A DNA stretch of 64,000 nt, taken from positions 52,204,001-52,268,000 of the forward strand of contig NC_042999.1 of assembly GCF_006345805.1 (NCBI RefSeq), read 5' to 3'. Shown piece by piece: positions 25,901 through 40,029 of the stretch (position 1 is the first letter of the stretch; every line of letters begins with the position of its first letter). The notes beneath the pieces are model-generated. The model was not told the DNA's origin, did no database searches, and worked only from the letters and a program-made list of their open reading frames with translations. Position numbers and translations under genes: made by a program. Source of the stretch: Octopus sinensis (Eukaryota).

Positions 25901-26744
25901 CTGCTCCTCCTCTCAAGTCTCTGCTGCCTAGTTGCATTCAGGTTTTTTGTTCATTGTTCTTCTCTCAGTTATTCTCTTCTGATGTCGGAGTTTTTCACTG
26001 ATAGCATTTAGCTCCTGTTTGAGGGTAATCAGTTTGCAAGTGAGTGTCCTTTTTTTTGCTGTCTGCAAACATTATTTCTATCTCCTTCTTTACTTTCTGT
26101 TGGTGGGACGTATGATGATTTGCCTGTTTGCATGCAATAAGCATCGTTTTGTTTACTTTTTTAATATCGTTCATGTACTGTTTTACAGTAGTAGCAAGCG
26201 CATATAGATAGGCTTTATTCTGCCAGTATGTGGGTTCATTACACTTTTGTAAATACTCATCACCAATTTCGTTAACAGCTTTTAATACCGTATCTGGTGT
26301 TTTTTTTACTTACTTTGGTAGAGAATACGCTCTCCTCCAGAGAGTCCTTCAAAGCCAGTTATTTTATCTCGGAAAATTTCAGTAAGGGCACATATCAAGG
26401 CATGTAATCCTGACTGCCACTACTACTACAATAATCGTTGCTATTGTGCCTGTTATTTACCATAGTCGTAGTAGTGGTCAGTTACTTCAGCCAGTAATAT
26501 AGTTTGGCTGGCAGGCACTATGGAATCTGTTGGAATGTCGCTAGCTGCGAAATCACGTGGTGGTCTTATATCAATCGCGTTTTCATTACAATTAGGAAGA
26601 AGGTTAATTTTCGATGTGTTAATAAAGCTACAGTTACTAACCTTCTTTCTATGTTCTACAAATGTTGCTTGTTGGTTTAGTTGCTTCGCAGTAAAAAGAT
26701 TTCATTCTGGATGCAGATCGTCCTAATATGATTTCAATCGATTC

Positions 26745-26960
26745 CTATAGCCAACAGCGGGGTTTTGTTTCCCTTTTTCGTAGCAGTTAAATAAACCAGT
26801 ATTCGATTCATAACTCCAAGAGAAATGAGTTTTGTAGTTACGGTTTCTTCTATAACTACAGCTAGAAAGAATTTGTTTACCTGTTGAGCTGTTGTTTTCG
26901 TTCTGTTTCTCGATTATGTTGTTGTTGATGTGTTCGACTATGTTTGTAATAACTCTCAGC
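26745..26960 (-). repeat. Unclassified interspersed repeat (family E)
   Basis: Reverse complement matches 52510-52712; both translate NNSSTG..ILSSCSYRRNR. Confidence 0.75.
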
Positions 26961-27244
26961 ATGCTAAATTCAAGTTTCAGTAAAAAATCACAAAGATCGT
27001 GAATAAAAGGCTCCTTCAGTTAATTCGCCTGAAGAGTAACCAGCTATTTCACAAGGCTGAGAGTTGCGGCTCCAAAGATGGAGATAGTTTTCATTGTATT
27101 TTCAATATATAGTTTCCCACGCTAAATACGCAATTTGCCGCTTTGAATATTGTATGTATGTATGTATGTATGTATGTATGTATGTATGTATGTATGTATG
27201 TATGTATGTATGTATGTATGTATGTATGCATGCCTGCATATGTC

Positions 27245-27845
27245 ATTATTCAGTTTATTTCAAGACTTCTTGCCAATAGAGAAAGCCGGCTTCTAAACTT
27301 GATCCAAGGCTCCTTCACTGGAATTTCAACAATATCAAAGCAGTATTTTTGAATGTATGTATGTATGTATGTATGTATGTATGTATGTATGTATGTATGT
27401 ATGTATGTATGTATGTATGTATGTATGTATGTATGCATGTATGTATGTATGCATGTATGTATGTATGTATCTACGTATGTAAGTATTAAATACTGTCTAC
27501 ATTTCAACATATAAGAGGTATAAATCATAGGATATCTGGCACGCTATAAGGAATAACCAAAATCCAAACCACTATTAGGGATAAATTTCGAAGGGAATGA
27601 AATATAAAAACATTTACCATCTATATCCTGGACAATGGTTTCTGACTTTAAATCCGCAAATAAAATAATTTGCTTGGCGAAGTCTTCATCAACAGGTACG
27701 TATGTAATCATGTATGTATATATGTGTGTGTATGTATGTTCCTATTCAGTTTTATTTCAAGATTTCATGCCAATAGAGAAAGTGCCGGTTTCTAACCTAG
27801 ATCCAAAGGAACCTTCATTAGAATTTCAACATCAACAACAGGGTA
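27245..27845 (+). repeat. Two family D copies (27245-27345, 27742-27845) among (TATG)n tracts
   Basis: attcagttt..tttcaaga..gccaatagagaaag..ttctaa..tgatccaa..aatttcaaca present twice. Confidence 0.75.
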
Positions 27846-27899
27846 CTTTTATTTGTTTGCATGCATGTATTTATGTATTTGTGCAAATTTTTATATTTT

Positions 27900-29600
27900 G
27901 TTTTATGTATTTATTCGAGTAAAGAGTTGTTTGTAGAGACATATCCTGTTGTAGGTGGTTTATCCGGATTTTCCTGGAGATATTCATCCAGAAACCATTT
28001 GAATGTTATGAGATCTTTCCCTTCTCTTATGCGTTGTGCATAATGTTAACGAGATCAGAGTCAGTTGTGGTAAACTGGTTCTGTTTTAGTGTTGTGATGT
28101 GACGCGAGAATGAATTTTGTAGAGGACGCATGATACGTGTATCAAGCCAACATTATTGGGGCAATGCTGTTAGGATATTTACCTCATCATACAAATGAAA
28201 TAGCGCTCGCGGTAGCGTTGGACGGAACAAAGATGGAGTTTCTGGAAACGGTCCCAATAATCAAGACCGATCATGTCGTTTATCTCTGTTTTTTTTTCTT
28301 TTTTGTGATTGATCTTAGAAGTGCTTCGATTTTATATTTTGCTTCAACTAGGTGGACCGCAGCAGACGATAGTATCCAAGATGAGGACGGGCAAAAATAA
28401 AGAAGAGAAGAATAATGCTGAGGATCCAGGAGTATGCCCTGAGGACCATGTCGACTCTGCTGCTTCTGTGGGCACTTCAGTTTATGTTGGTGTCGACAGT
28501 TATTCCGAAGTCCCTAATAGTGTTTAATGCCAAGAGGTTTTCGCCCGAGGAAAAAGTGTATGGTAGTTTAAGTGCAGCCTCTTTACCGCAGTAGATTAAT
28601 TCAAATTTATTCTCGTTTGACTGCATATTGCGATTTTCCTCTTACTGGATAACAACAAATAGATCCGATTGGAGATTAGTCCAGTCTCCTGCCCTGTCGC
28701 AGACCTTCAGAAACTTAGAGTCATCCATGAAAATTCTAATGCTACTGTGTTTGATGACATCAAGGATGTCATTGGTGTAAATAATGAAAAGGAGTTGGCC
28801 CAAGGGAGTGCATTTTGGGACTCCATCGATGACTTTTGCTGAGTTTCATCGAACACCATCAGTCGCCACATGCTGGGTTCTGTTCATCAGAAAACATTCC
28901 GTACACGTTTATAGTTTCCCTTGGAATCCACTATTCGATAGCTTCTTTAACAGGATGTGATGGTCACCCTTATCGAAGACCTTGCTGAAGTCCTGGTAGA
29001 TGACATCTGCATTGGCGTCCTCTCCCTAAGCCCTTAGAATATCATCGAAGTGATACAGGAGCTGTGTTATGCTGACCCTTCCTCTACGGAACCATGCTGG
29101 TTAAGATTGTTACGTTCCAGGATGTGAATTACTCGAGATCTCACCACTCTCTCAAATAATTTGACGATATGAGAGATTCATGAGATCGGTCGGTGTTGTG
29201 GCGGACGCCCCCAGGTGAGAAGTGAGCTGGTCCACTACTAATAAATAGTGGACTGACACAGTCAGTGATGTCAGTCAGTGAGTTACGCTGTTCGGGCCAG
29301 TCCCACAGAGACGACGAGACTAGCTTAAAGGGAGTGCCAGTTGGTGACGGCGCTCCTTCAGGATTCTGGCGAGGAACCTGTCGGAGCGTACAGCTGAGTT
29401 GTTTGTAATTTTCTTGATAACTGCTCTGAAATGATGTATTGAATGGGGTGTGATTCACCGATGCTGGATTAACCATATTGGGAAAGTGGAGAACTATTGC
29501 TTCTGCAGAATCACAACCATCACTTCTTCAACACTATGTACAGTGTTCACCTATCGCATATCCAACAAACGAAACAGTAATCTGTTGTTACGAGAATAAC
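27900..29600 (-). pseudogene. Decayed CR1/L2-group LINE ORF2 (RT to C-terminus)
   Basis: Minus-strand motifs ADVIYQDFSKVFDK (about 28990), a frameshifted GVP-G-PLGP..IRIFMDDSK (28720-28830), LDYWDRFQKLHLCSVQRYRERYFIC (about 28230) and PDKPPTTGY (about 27950). Confidence 0.8.
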
Positions 29601-29999
29601 AAATCATTGATTTTTCGATTAAATCCATTTTGTTAGAAGCTTGCCAGTAATAACTGCAATTTTCAATTTAAAACGTAGAACAGTTTATAACAGCCCAAAT
29701 AAGGTCAAACATCCTGAAATAGTATTTACAATGGCTTTAAGATCCATTTCCACTTAAACAATATACTAACATCGTCAGAAGCAGAACCACGGGAACTAAA
29801 TCAATAAATGTTTGAAAGAGTTATGTTCCCTGAATCAATATTAAAAAAAAATGTTCTCTATCGTCATACATGCACGCATATATACACCCTCCCACTGCGC
29901 ACGTACGCGCGCGAACACAGAATTAGACACTCACACGCACACATACACACACACATATTTACTATATACTACGTATCTGTATATATATTTATTTACTAG

Positions 30000-30217
30000 C
30001 CACAAGGGGCTAAACACAGAGGGGACAAACAAGGACAGACAAAGGGATTAAGTCGATTACATCGACCCCAGTGCGTAACTGGTACTTAATTTATCGACCC
30101 CGAAAGGATGAAAGGCAAAGTCGACCTCGGCGGAATTTGAACTCGGAAAGTAACGACAGACAAAATACGGCTACGAATTTCGCCCGGCGTGCTAACGTTT
30201 CTACCAGCTCGCCGCCT
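30000..30217 (-). mobile_element. tRNA-derived SINE family A, near full length
   Basis: Closely similar to 19531-19749. Confidence 0.85.
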
Positions 30218-30269
30218 AAATATATCTGTATATAAACATATGTAGCACACACGCATACATACATACTTA

Positions 30270-30319
<50 letters not shown>

Positions 30320-30384
30320 GGTTTGGAGATGATGTACATGTATTTTATATTAGAAGAAATGAAGTACTCAGAAATTCGGATGGT

Positions 30385-30730
30385 TTTATATTTACAGATA
30401 TTCATTTGTATGTTACATGTTTTTATACATCAGGCCCTGCCCTATTTAACATTGTCCCAAGGGAGATCAAAGAGGAAAAGGATCCCATCAACTTTAAACA
30501 GAGTCTGGATAGATTCCTTCAAAGAATACCAGATAAGCCACCCATAATTGGATACAACTCACCCAACAAGAACTCACTACTTGAACAAAACTGGATACAA
30601 CTCACCCAACAAGAACTCACTACTTGAACAAAACTTGACTTAAACAGGATTCGAATAATCCTATCAGGTGGTGCTATTAAGTTAGACATGGCCTGGACCA
30701 ATCTTTGGTCGAAACATATCTAAGTTTATC
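30385..30730 (+). mobile_element. CR1-like LINE 3' end with internal 43-bp tandem duplication and 3' stem-loop
   Basis: GPALFNIVPREIKEEKDPINFKQSLDRFLQRIPDKPPIIGY; duplication at 30549-30634; tail gacca-atctt-tggtc-gaaac. Confidence 0.75.
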
Positions 30731-30757
30731 TAAGTTTATATATCATATATCATATAT

Positions 30758-30783
30758 TAGCGCTTTCGTCCATTCGAGCGGAG

Positions 30784-30786
<3 letters not shown>
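30758..30786 (-). ncRNA. 5'-truncated hammerhead remnant abutting (TA)n
   Basis: Reverse complement tga-ctccgctcgaatggac-GAAA-gcgc-TA has the same 3' half as the 8873-8912 motif. Confidence 0.35.
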
Positions 30787-30821
<35 letters not shown>

Positions 30822-30849
30822 AATGTAGGATTAAATTTTTTCGAAAAAA

Positions 30850-32030
30850 AATGTTATCAATGGCCGAGGATTGGTGTAGCTGTCAATTGCACAATTGGGA
30901 GTTAAATCCTCCAAGATCTTCCAAATATATATCACTGCATATCTTTCTCGTCTCCTCTCCAGGAAGTAGAAACTCAGCTCCTTTAGCCTCTCCTAATTTC
31001 CCATCTTTTGCATCGAGTCAATCTTCTTTGTGTATTGGCGCTGGATTGCTTCGAGTTCCACAGTTTGTTTCACACTATCTGGAGACCATAGTTGGAAGCA
31101 GTAGTCCAAGTGGCTGAGAATGAAAGTCTTTCGTAAGGGTAGCAGGGCTTCCCTTTTCCTGGTTCTGAATGTTCTGAGAATCCATCCAGCCACTCGCCCG
31201 CACAGTGTTGCTATCTTGGTAATATGCGCATGGAATGTTGCATCATTGTTCATATGAAACTCCAGGTCACGCATCCACTCTGACTCTGGGATCACCTTCT
31301 GGTCCAGTGTATTCCGATTTTAGCTTAGCGTTGGGCTGATAATGGAGTACCTGAAATTTCATAGCATTGAACTGCAAGCTATTTTTGTTAGCCCTTTTGT
31401 ATATTTCATTCAGGTCTTTCTGCAGTTTTATGATGTCTTCTGGATTCCTAACTGCCTGCGATACTTTTGTGTCGTCAGAATAACTGGTCAGATTGACTGA
31501 CTGTACCGCAGAGGGCATGTCTGAGAGGGCCACTACTATTTGTGGTGGCTCCAGTACAGTTCCCTGAGAGACTCTGCTGAATATTGGTGCTTCTTCAGAG
31601 TGAGCAGCATTGGTTACAACGGTCTGACTCCTGCCCTTCAGAAAGTCATGTAGCCACTCTCCCAGTTTCCCGGTAATACCAAAGTTTCACAGCTTGTGAT
31701 ATATGCCATGAACAACCTTGTCGAAGGCCTTGGAAACATCGAGGTATATCAAGTTTACAGCTGACTGATTTAGCTGTTGCTTCAGTAACTAGTCAAAGAG
31801 CTGCAGCAACTGTGTGAGGCAGCTCCTCCCTGGACGGGATCCATGTTGTGTGTTTGTGAGAAGGTTGTTTTCTTCTAGGAATGTGATCAGCCATTTTCTG
31901 ACAATGCGTTCCATTGTCTTGCTAACATGTGAGGTCAGAGAGATGGGCTTGTATTCTTTAGCATCCATTTCCTCTTTTATGGACAGGGCATATTATACCC
32001 TCTATTAGCATACTGGGAAGTTTACCACAT
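30850..32030 (-). pseudogene. Decayed CR1/L2-group LINE RT
   Basis: IYLDVSKAFDKV (about 31730), SYSDDTKV, LQFNAMKFQVLHY and LDYCFQLWSP in the minus-strand ORFs 31267-31533 and 30993-31295. Confidence 0.85.
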
Positions 32031-33396
32031 GCAAGGAAACTCTGAAAGAATATCTGCAATGGGTTTGCAAGTGCCTTTGTCGAAGGCCTTGGAAACGTCT
32101 TTAAGAGAACATCTGAACGAAGAACTGTTGGTCTTGTTTTATAGAGGCGGAGAGGTGGAAAAGGTAGTGAAAGAACACTACAAGGGAGTACCTTTGGCCT
32201 TCACACGGGATCCCGAATGGCCTCCGCAGATAGTTGCGGAGGTTATAACGTTGCGCGTGTTTCAAAGGCTGGAGGGACTAAAAGAGGAATATCGCATGTG
32301 ACGCCAACTCGGAGCACGCCGTGATTTTAAAGCAAGCATGGGATATGGTGGTGTATACGGAGACAAGCGATGATGAGGTGGAAAATTGACAAGAGGTTGA
32401 AAAGCCTCAGTGTTATAATGTGTAAGAGGCTCAGCGCCTCATTTGTAAATGGACTAGTGTTGATTGTATATTGAATATTTTATTGTATGTTATTGCATGT
32501 TATTATTTGTAATGGATTGTTAAGTCCAATAATTGTAAGAATTGTCGTGAGAGGTTCAATACCTTGTTTTGTTTATTCTGTTGGAAAAAAAAGAACAATG
32601 TTTTAGAGAAGCAGAAAATCGGCGAGCGTTTTTTGTCTTCTCCCATCAATATCATCCTTGTTTCATCATTCACCTCATCAATGCATATGTCCAGCCCGCA
32701 AGCTACTCTTTGTAATGCCTTTATGGTAAATCTTAATGAAATAAAGTAGTCTTTGTAAATTCATTTTTAATCTTTTCATTTTGGGAAAAGTTGATTTCAT
32801 ATGAAATCGTCCGGTTCCTTAATTCATATTGCTGTATCACTATAGTCATCTGTGCACTGTAGTGGTTAAAAGGACAAAATAGTGAAGATAAGGACAGAAA
32901 ATTCAAAGTCATAAAGACAAAAGGGTGAATACGTACGTGAGGTGTAGTGTTGAGGATTTTCATGAAACATGGGAAGTTTAACATTGTGTTCGTACCATAT
33001 GAACTTCTAAAAGTTGATATGACTCTAATACCCATTAACGGACACCTCCGGTTATTAAACATCACAACATTTACTTCATCATTTCATCGCATATCGATTA
33101 ATGAGAGAAAGAAATTATTATCCAATTTCTCAATAGAAACAAATTTATTGTATTCATGGGAAACAACTCTTACTCTAAATTTCTGATTTATGTCCCTTAG
33201 AACGTTTTATATTATTTCGCCCAACTTTTTGTTCTTTTCTCTTTTATTAATTGATTTTATCGTAATTTTTGTTGATATTTGTTACAGTTCGTCGGGCAAC
33301 ATGAATTAAAGATATGGCATCAGAAATGTGCTTTAAAAATGTTTACTGCTTTGCTTATTACCGAGTTGAAAGTATTCGTGGAAAAGTATTTAATAT

Positions 33397-33728
33397 ATAG
33401 AGTGGTTGTATACTGTCAACTTAACGTGACAGTCCTGTAAGGGAACTACACCACTGCTGTTTAGCCCTAGGAAGCATCGGACGCTTCCTGTCGGCTTTGA
33501 CACATTTTCTGTGTTCTTATATTTGTAAAGGGGAGGCAAGCACCCCTACCAGCAAGATTCACACCTGAGGACATGGTAGGAGTGCTTGCCTCCCCTTCAC
33601 AAATATAAGCACACAGAAAATGTGTCAAAGCCGACAGGAAGCGTTCAATGCTTCCTAGGGCTAAACAGCGGTGGTGTAATTCTCATACGGGACTGTCACG
33701 TTAAGTTGACAGTATACAACCACTCTAT
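33397..33728. mobile_element. Foldback/MITE-like element with ~155-bp inverted arms and 22-bp spacer
   Basis: 33397-33551 is an imperfect reverse complement of 33574-33728. Confidence 0.8.
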
Positions 33729-33789
33729 CGCTCCACCACCGCTCATGTCTCTTTGAGACATTTAGAAATTTAATATTTCTGATTATTTA

Positions 33790-34080
33790 ATATATGATTG
33801 TCGGATTCATATTTATCAACACTGGGAAGAAAATGATCAGCATTAACAGGTTATATTGACGGATTGTCTTCAGTTGTGCGTATTTATTAGTTCTTATATT
33901 TAAATAGTGAGAGAAGATATTTAGAAACACATTGTTTTCAACTTTCTTCGTTAGAGCCTGTTCCTTGGAGGTGGCAGCTGCAAAACATCCAGATATTGAG
34001 TAATCTTCAAGACACTCCCTTTCCCTCCTAAGTTCAAACTGCCCAATTTTGCACTGTTGATAAAGATGGAGCAGCATCTT
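33790..34080 (-). pseudogene. Possible REL-type LINE remnant
   Basis: SGCFAAATSKEQALT weakly resembles the F.AQEQ.L motif upstream of the REL zinc knuckle. Confidence 0.25.
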
Positions 34081-34674
34081 CTAATGTAGCAACCATGTCA
34101 ACACGAATGTCTTGGTTTGGGGCCAGAGGGGGTGGCTAAACCCTTTTTCGGTAGTTAGTAACACCACAATACCAAATTCAGTCCATCTTCAAGAGAAATC
34201 ACAACTAACTACTATTGAATGCCTCATTGAAGCCAGATGTCAGTTTACCTGGGAAGAAACAATGCACTTCTTAATAAGAATTGAAATTAATGCATGCATG
34301 ATTTCAGACCTCTAATGCTACACCTTCATGGTCGACCCGTGAACCTTTCATCACCACTCCTCATACGAACAGGCAAAACACGCATCTTGTTTTTAACTCA
34401 TATTTGAATTTTTCCCGCCGCTTGAAACGTCGGGACATAACACCAGAGGGTCTTACACCATTTTACTATAGTCATAGACAGTGCATTAGCTTGCATTGGG
34501 ACTCGTTTCGGGTACACGGTATTGACAAGTCACAAAGATAACGAAACATCGATGTCTGTCGCTCCTGAATGGGGTATGAAGTGAGTATACTCTCTTACAC
34601 CTATAAGCGCAGTCTACCCACGAACTAGCAAAACACATATCTTGTGTATGTGCGTTCGATATATATATATATAC

Positions 34675-35678
<1,004 letters not shown>

Positions 35679-35681
35679 GTG

Positions 35682-35723
<42 letters not shown>

Positions 35724-36054
35724 AGTATACATGGCTGGCTAGTGATTTAAATCACGTACACCACCCAGTTAATACAAAAATACAATGTAAACTTTTCTGG
35801 GCTATAATAAACTCGGCCATCCCGTATCAAGAGCACCACTTTAATTGTGGGCTCTATTTAAAAGAGACCCTCAGAATTTTAGCCCACAACTCACCACAAT
35901 TGCTTAATAAACAAAACGAAAACTTTGCTACGTGTAAGCAGCAAATTCTTCCGCACTTTTAAATTTTTTCTTAAATCTAAATGTAAGTTCACCCCACCAT
36001 AAATAGCACCCACATATAAACCGTTCTATATCTTTACGAGGTAAATATTAATTA

Positions 36055-36400
36055 CTAGCAGAGTAACCCGGCGTTGTCCGAGTTACATAGACTTGAAGAA
36101 TTAGACTTTTCTTTTATATTTTCTCTAATGAACTGGAATATCTATGTTTCGAATTTCATCAAAATTGCAGATGAGGGTTATTTCCCTCTTTACACACCCA
36201 AACAAAATTGTAATCGTGCCACATGTATCCCATACTACTGGTTTTTATGCGCATATTCCAAAATTCCAGTCTTATACAACCTGTTAAAAGGATTTTGCTC
36301 CTGAAAAATGGAGGTCATGGAGCTCTAAAATGTGAGAGTTAACGCCCCTATTGGGGGTGGGCATCTTAATGTCAACCAGTGAAGTTGAATTGTTGAGAAT
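36055..36400 (-). mobile_element. Probable non-autonomous Helitron 3' end (right boundary uncertain)
   Basis: Minus strand ends ctcggacaacgccggg-ttactctg-CTAG|t, i.e. a GC hairpin 8 nt before CTAG followed by T. Confidence 0.5.
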
Positions 36401-37270
36401 CTTTTTAGCTTGGGTCTTATATCTATTGTTTGAATTTCTTTGAAATAGGAAATATATGTTCACTGGGTTTGTAAAAGAGAGCAAAGCTACAGGAAACCAA
36501 AAGACGAATTATCACAATAAGCAGTCAGCTACAGTACCCTAGTCGTTAGCACTCCCAATGTAGTATTCCTCACCATGCAGGTGACAGGCACAGCCGTAAG
36601 ATGCATTACGAATCTATAGCAATTGGAAGGGCGTAACCCAACTGAAATAAACATTAACAACTGTGTGACATGAGGGCTAAGGAGAAATGAAAGTGTCACC
36701 TTTGGAGTTTGCAAGTGACCACTATACTGATATGTAACCGGACAGAATACGTTTAAAATCTATAAATGTCTCTGAATAACCAGCCACTCGTCTGGGAATG
36801 CTTTGAAATCAATGTTAACATCTGGGAACTACGTGCGACCCAGTGATAATTAAAAGGCTGAAAGGAGATCTGCAATCAAATATCTTTACTCAACACTGCA
36901 ACTGAATCAGTGGAGGCGAAGATGCCTCTCATTTACTTGATAATTTATGCAGCACATTGCAGAAATCACAATCTAAGTGTAAGTCAAAGCAAACTCTTAC
37001 ACTGTTGTACCATTGAATTACAAATAATGCTTAACTTTTATGCTCGGGTGACCCCACAGCTTCCAAGAGCACAACTGTATTCGTTTTTGCTTAGATAAAA
37101 TGACAAAACTATGGGTGTTAAGTCCACACGGAGGGGTCTTTCTAACTTGTAAGAAGATGAAATTTTATAAATATTACTTCATTTGTGTCTAATACCTATG
37201 GTTAAAATTTCATCAACAGCAAAGATATATGAATTGTCATGGGGGCTGTGGCCCTTATGCATATACGGTG

Positions 37271-37305
<35 letters not shown>

Positions 37306-37479
37306 GATGGATAGATAAATAGATAGATATAAATATATACACACACACACACATACAAAGATAAATTGATAGATACAACTGATTGAGTAAACACACGCAT
37401 ACACTTACATATATACATACATATATATATATACGATTGATTTGTTTCAGTTCCTGTCTACGAAATCCAAGTATATTGT

Positions 37480-37830
37480 TGTTGTTATCCTTTTTGTCTC
37501 GGGAGACAATGGAGCTGCGCTGCGCATAAAATAATCTAGTCCGGCTTTTACATTTCATGTCCTAATACATCTCCTGCTGTGGCTGTGTAGTCCTATCCTG
37601 GACAAACACTCCCTCTGGCAGGTGCCGCAAATGTAGCGAAGACTTTGCCTGGCTGGTTGTAATGTCATAGTTTCTTGTTGACGTCTTTTCTTGTCTTTCC
37701 ATTTCTCCTCTTTCTCTCTATGTCACTCCTTTGTATTCCCTCTTTTACGGTACGTCGCCAATCTCCACGATTGCTGGCAACTGCTTCCCAGTTGGTAATA
37801 TTGATGTTGCAGGCATTCATGTCTCTTTTG
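37480..37830 (-). mobile_element. RTE-clade LINE 3' end
   Basis: Minus strand gives NWEAVASNRGDWRRTVKEG and the C-terminal zinc finger YICGTCQRECLSRIGLHSHSRRC, then a short 3' UTR with (AAC)n. Confidence 0.8.
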
Positions 37831-37867
37831 CAAATATCCTTGTATGTATACATGTAAGTGTATGTGT

Positions 37868-38180
37868 TTTTGCATTGGCAACATGAATGACAATGGTCAG
37901 AGACTACTTGAATTTTGCACATACCATAACCTGTGCATCACCAATTCATTCTTTGCCAACAAGGCATCCCACAAGGCATCTTGGAAACATCCAAGATCTC
38001 GCCACTGGCATCAGCTGGATCTCATCATTACACGAAGATCCTTTCTGAAATCTGTTCAACTGACCCGTAGTTACCACAGTGAAGATTGTGACACAGATCA
38101 TTCACTAATAAGAAGCAGGGTGAGGATTCTGCCTAAAAAAGTCCATCACTCCAAAAAAATGGGCCGACCACGCATTAACA
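37868..38180 (+). pseudogene. RTE-clade LINE APE endonuclease fragment
   Basis: NDNGQRLLEFC..ITNSFF..SWKHPRSRHWHQLDLII..DCDTDHSL. Confidence 0.85.
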
Positions 38181-39837
38181 CTGCCATTAATGGCAATTTT
38201 TATAATTGAATACAAGGGAAACTATCAAATTATTCACAACTAGCAGATGATTAAACACGGTAATCATCTTCTGGTTGATATTTGCTTGTAGTAAGTTTAA
38301 TAAAAAAGATATTAATGCACACATGTGATATGATTTTTATTTGTAGAACAACAATCTTCAAAGATATAAAAAAACCTATAACCCTTGAAGGTGGTTGGAG
38401 ATAAAGGCATGGCTAAACACGTTGTTCTGATACCATTTGTTAACTGTTTAACTGGGAGATAAGTAGAATAACTCTTCAGAGCAAAACGAAACGAAACGTC
38501 AACCGGAGATGTGAACATCTGTATAGTTACTTCATCTGCTATAATTAACAGCCACATCTCCTTCAAGATTAGTCGTGTTTAACATAGGTGAATTGAAAGG
38601 ATCAAATATTCTTGAATATATAATAATGGATGAGGTAAACATGGCTGGGCTATCACTCAAATGATGCAAAACGACTCAGTCTTAATTGGATAAATCTAGT
38701 CTTTCCAACATTTAATCATGCAAAGAAGAGACAACTAGAAGGTTGTTACTTGATTTAATGACTGGCTAAATATAGCAGTCAAATTTTCCTTAAATCCCGC
38801 CCTACTGTTTGCCAAAATGACGAATATATTGTCTAATTAAGTCCAGCGTAAATAGTTTAGAAAGACTAATGAAAGGAAAACAGACAGGTAACAAGATTAT
38901 TACATTCCGGATAGAATATTAGAGTGGCTGTTGGTACAATATCAGTTCTAAATAACGAAAGGGAAAATATATCTCTAATCTTTTAATATTTGGGAAATAA
39001 GTTCAACAGTATGATTTAAAGACATTTTTCATGTGGTTGCAAAAAAATCATATTTTAGTTTAAGAAAATATGCTGAATATGAAAACTGTTATTAATAGAA
39101 AGATATCGTAATATTTTATAAACTGTCATCAGCAGCGTTAGTTTCATAATGCCTGCAACCACGTCTCTCTGTCGGACTCCTGTAACTTTCAGTAATCAAT
39201 AAAAAGGTTATTAGTGTCAATGTATTCCAGTACACGTATTTACGTTACACAAACATATACATCTTTACGATTGCATCTGCTTCAGTGAATACTGGAGTCT
39301 ATTGAGTGAAAACATTGCTGTGATTGGTCGTTCTTCACAGTTCAAACATGGACTGTATTTTAAGGAGAAACGACAGGGAAGTGGCGGAGAATGAAGATGG
39401 ACGTAAAGATGGAAGGACAGTAATTATAGAATACAGATAAAAAAAATAAATAGAATTAAGGGAGATTGATGATAGTCGGCGTGGGTGGAAGATATAGATG
39501 GAAATTGATAAGTTAGGATAATTTTGTACATCGATGAGAGGAATGGTATCTCACATAATGGGACTGACACTGGGACAGAGATGTAGAAAAAATAATTTCC
39601 AAGTCAGATAAAAAAATGTTTTGTTTTTTTCTCTTTCAGCAGAAGGGTTTGTTATGATATGTTAGATTCCAGTGTAAGATAGAGAAACTGGGAGAGAGTG
39701 AGTAACGGAATATATGAATAAATCATTGCATTGACTTGTTTGGTAACATTAATCAAAAGATATCAGTTTGGCGATAGGATCGCAACAGGAACTATGTCAG
39801 ATGTCCTTTCTCTATTACAACCATAGCAAAGATTAAA

Positions 39838-39847
39838 ACGCACACAC

Positions 39848-39900
<53 letters not shown>

Positions 39901-39971
39901 AACGCATACGCATGTATGCTTATGCCTACTTGAGTCAATCTATCCATCCATTCATCCATACATACATTCCT

Positions 39972-40025
<54 letters not shown>
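39838..40025. repeat. (CA)n and (TCTA)n microsatellites
   Basis: Directly visible. Confidence 0.95.
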
Positions 40026-40027
<2 letters not shown>

Positions 40028-40029
40028 GA

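Noticed and set aside
32029-32301. 90-aa ORF next to the CR1 fragment
   Set aside because: No recognisable domain; only a 20-nt echo of the DVSKAFDK-coding sequence at 31717, insufficient to classify
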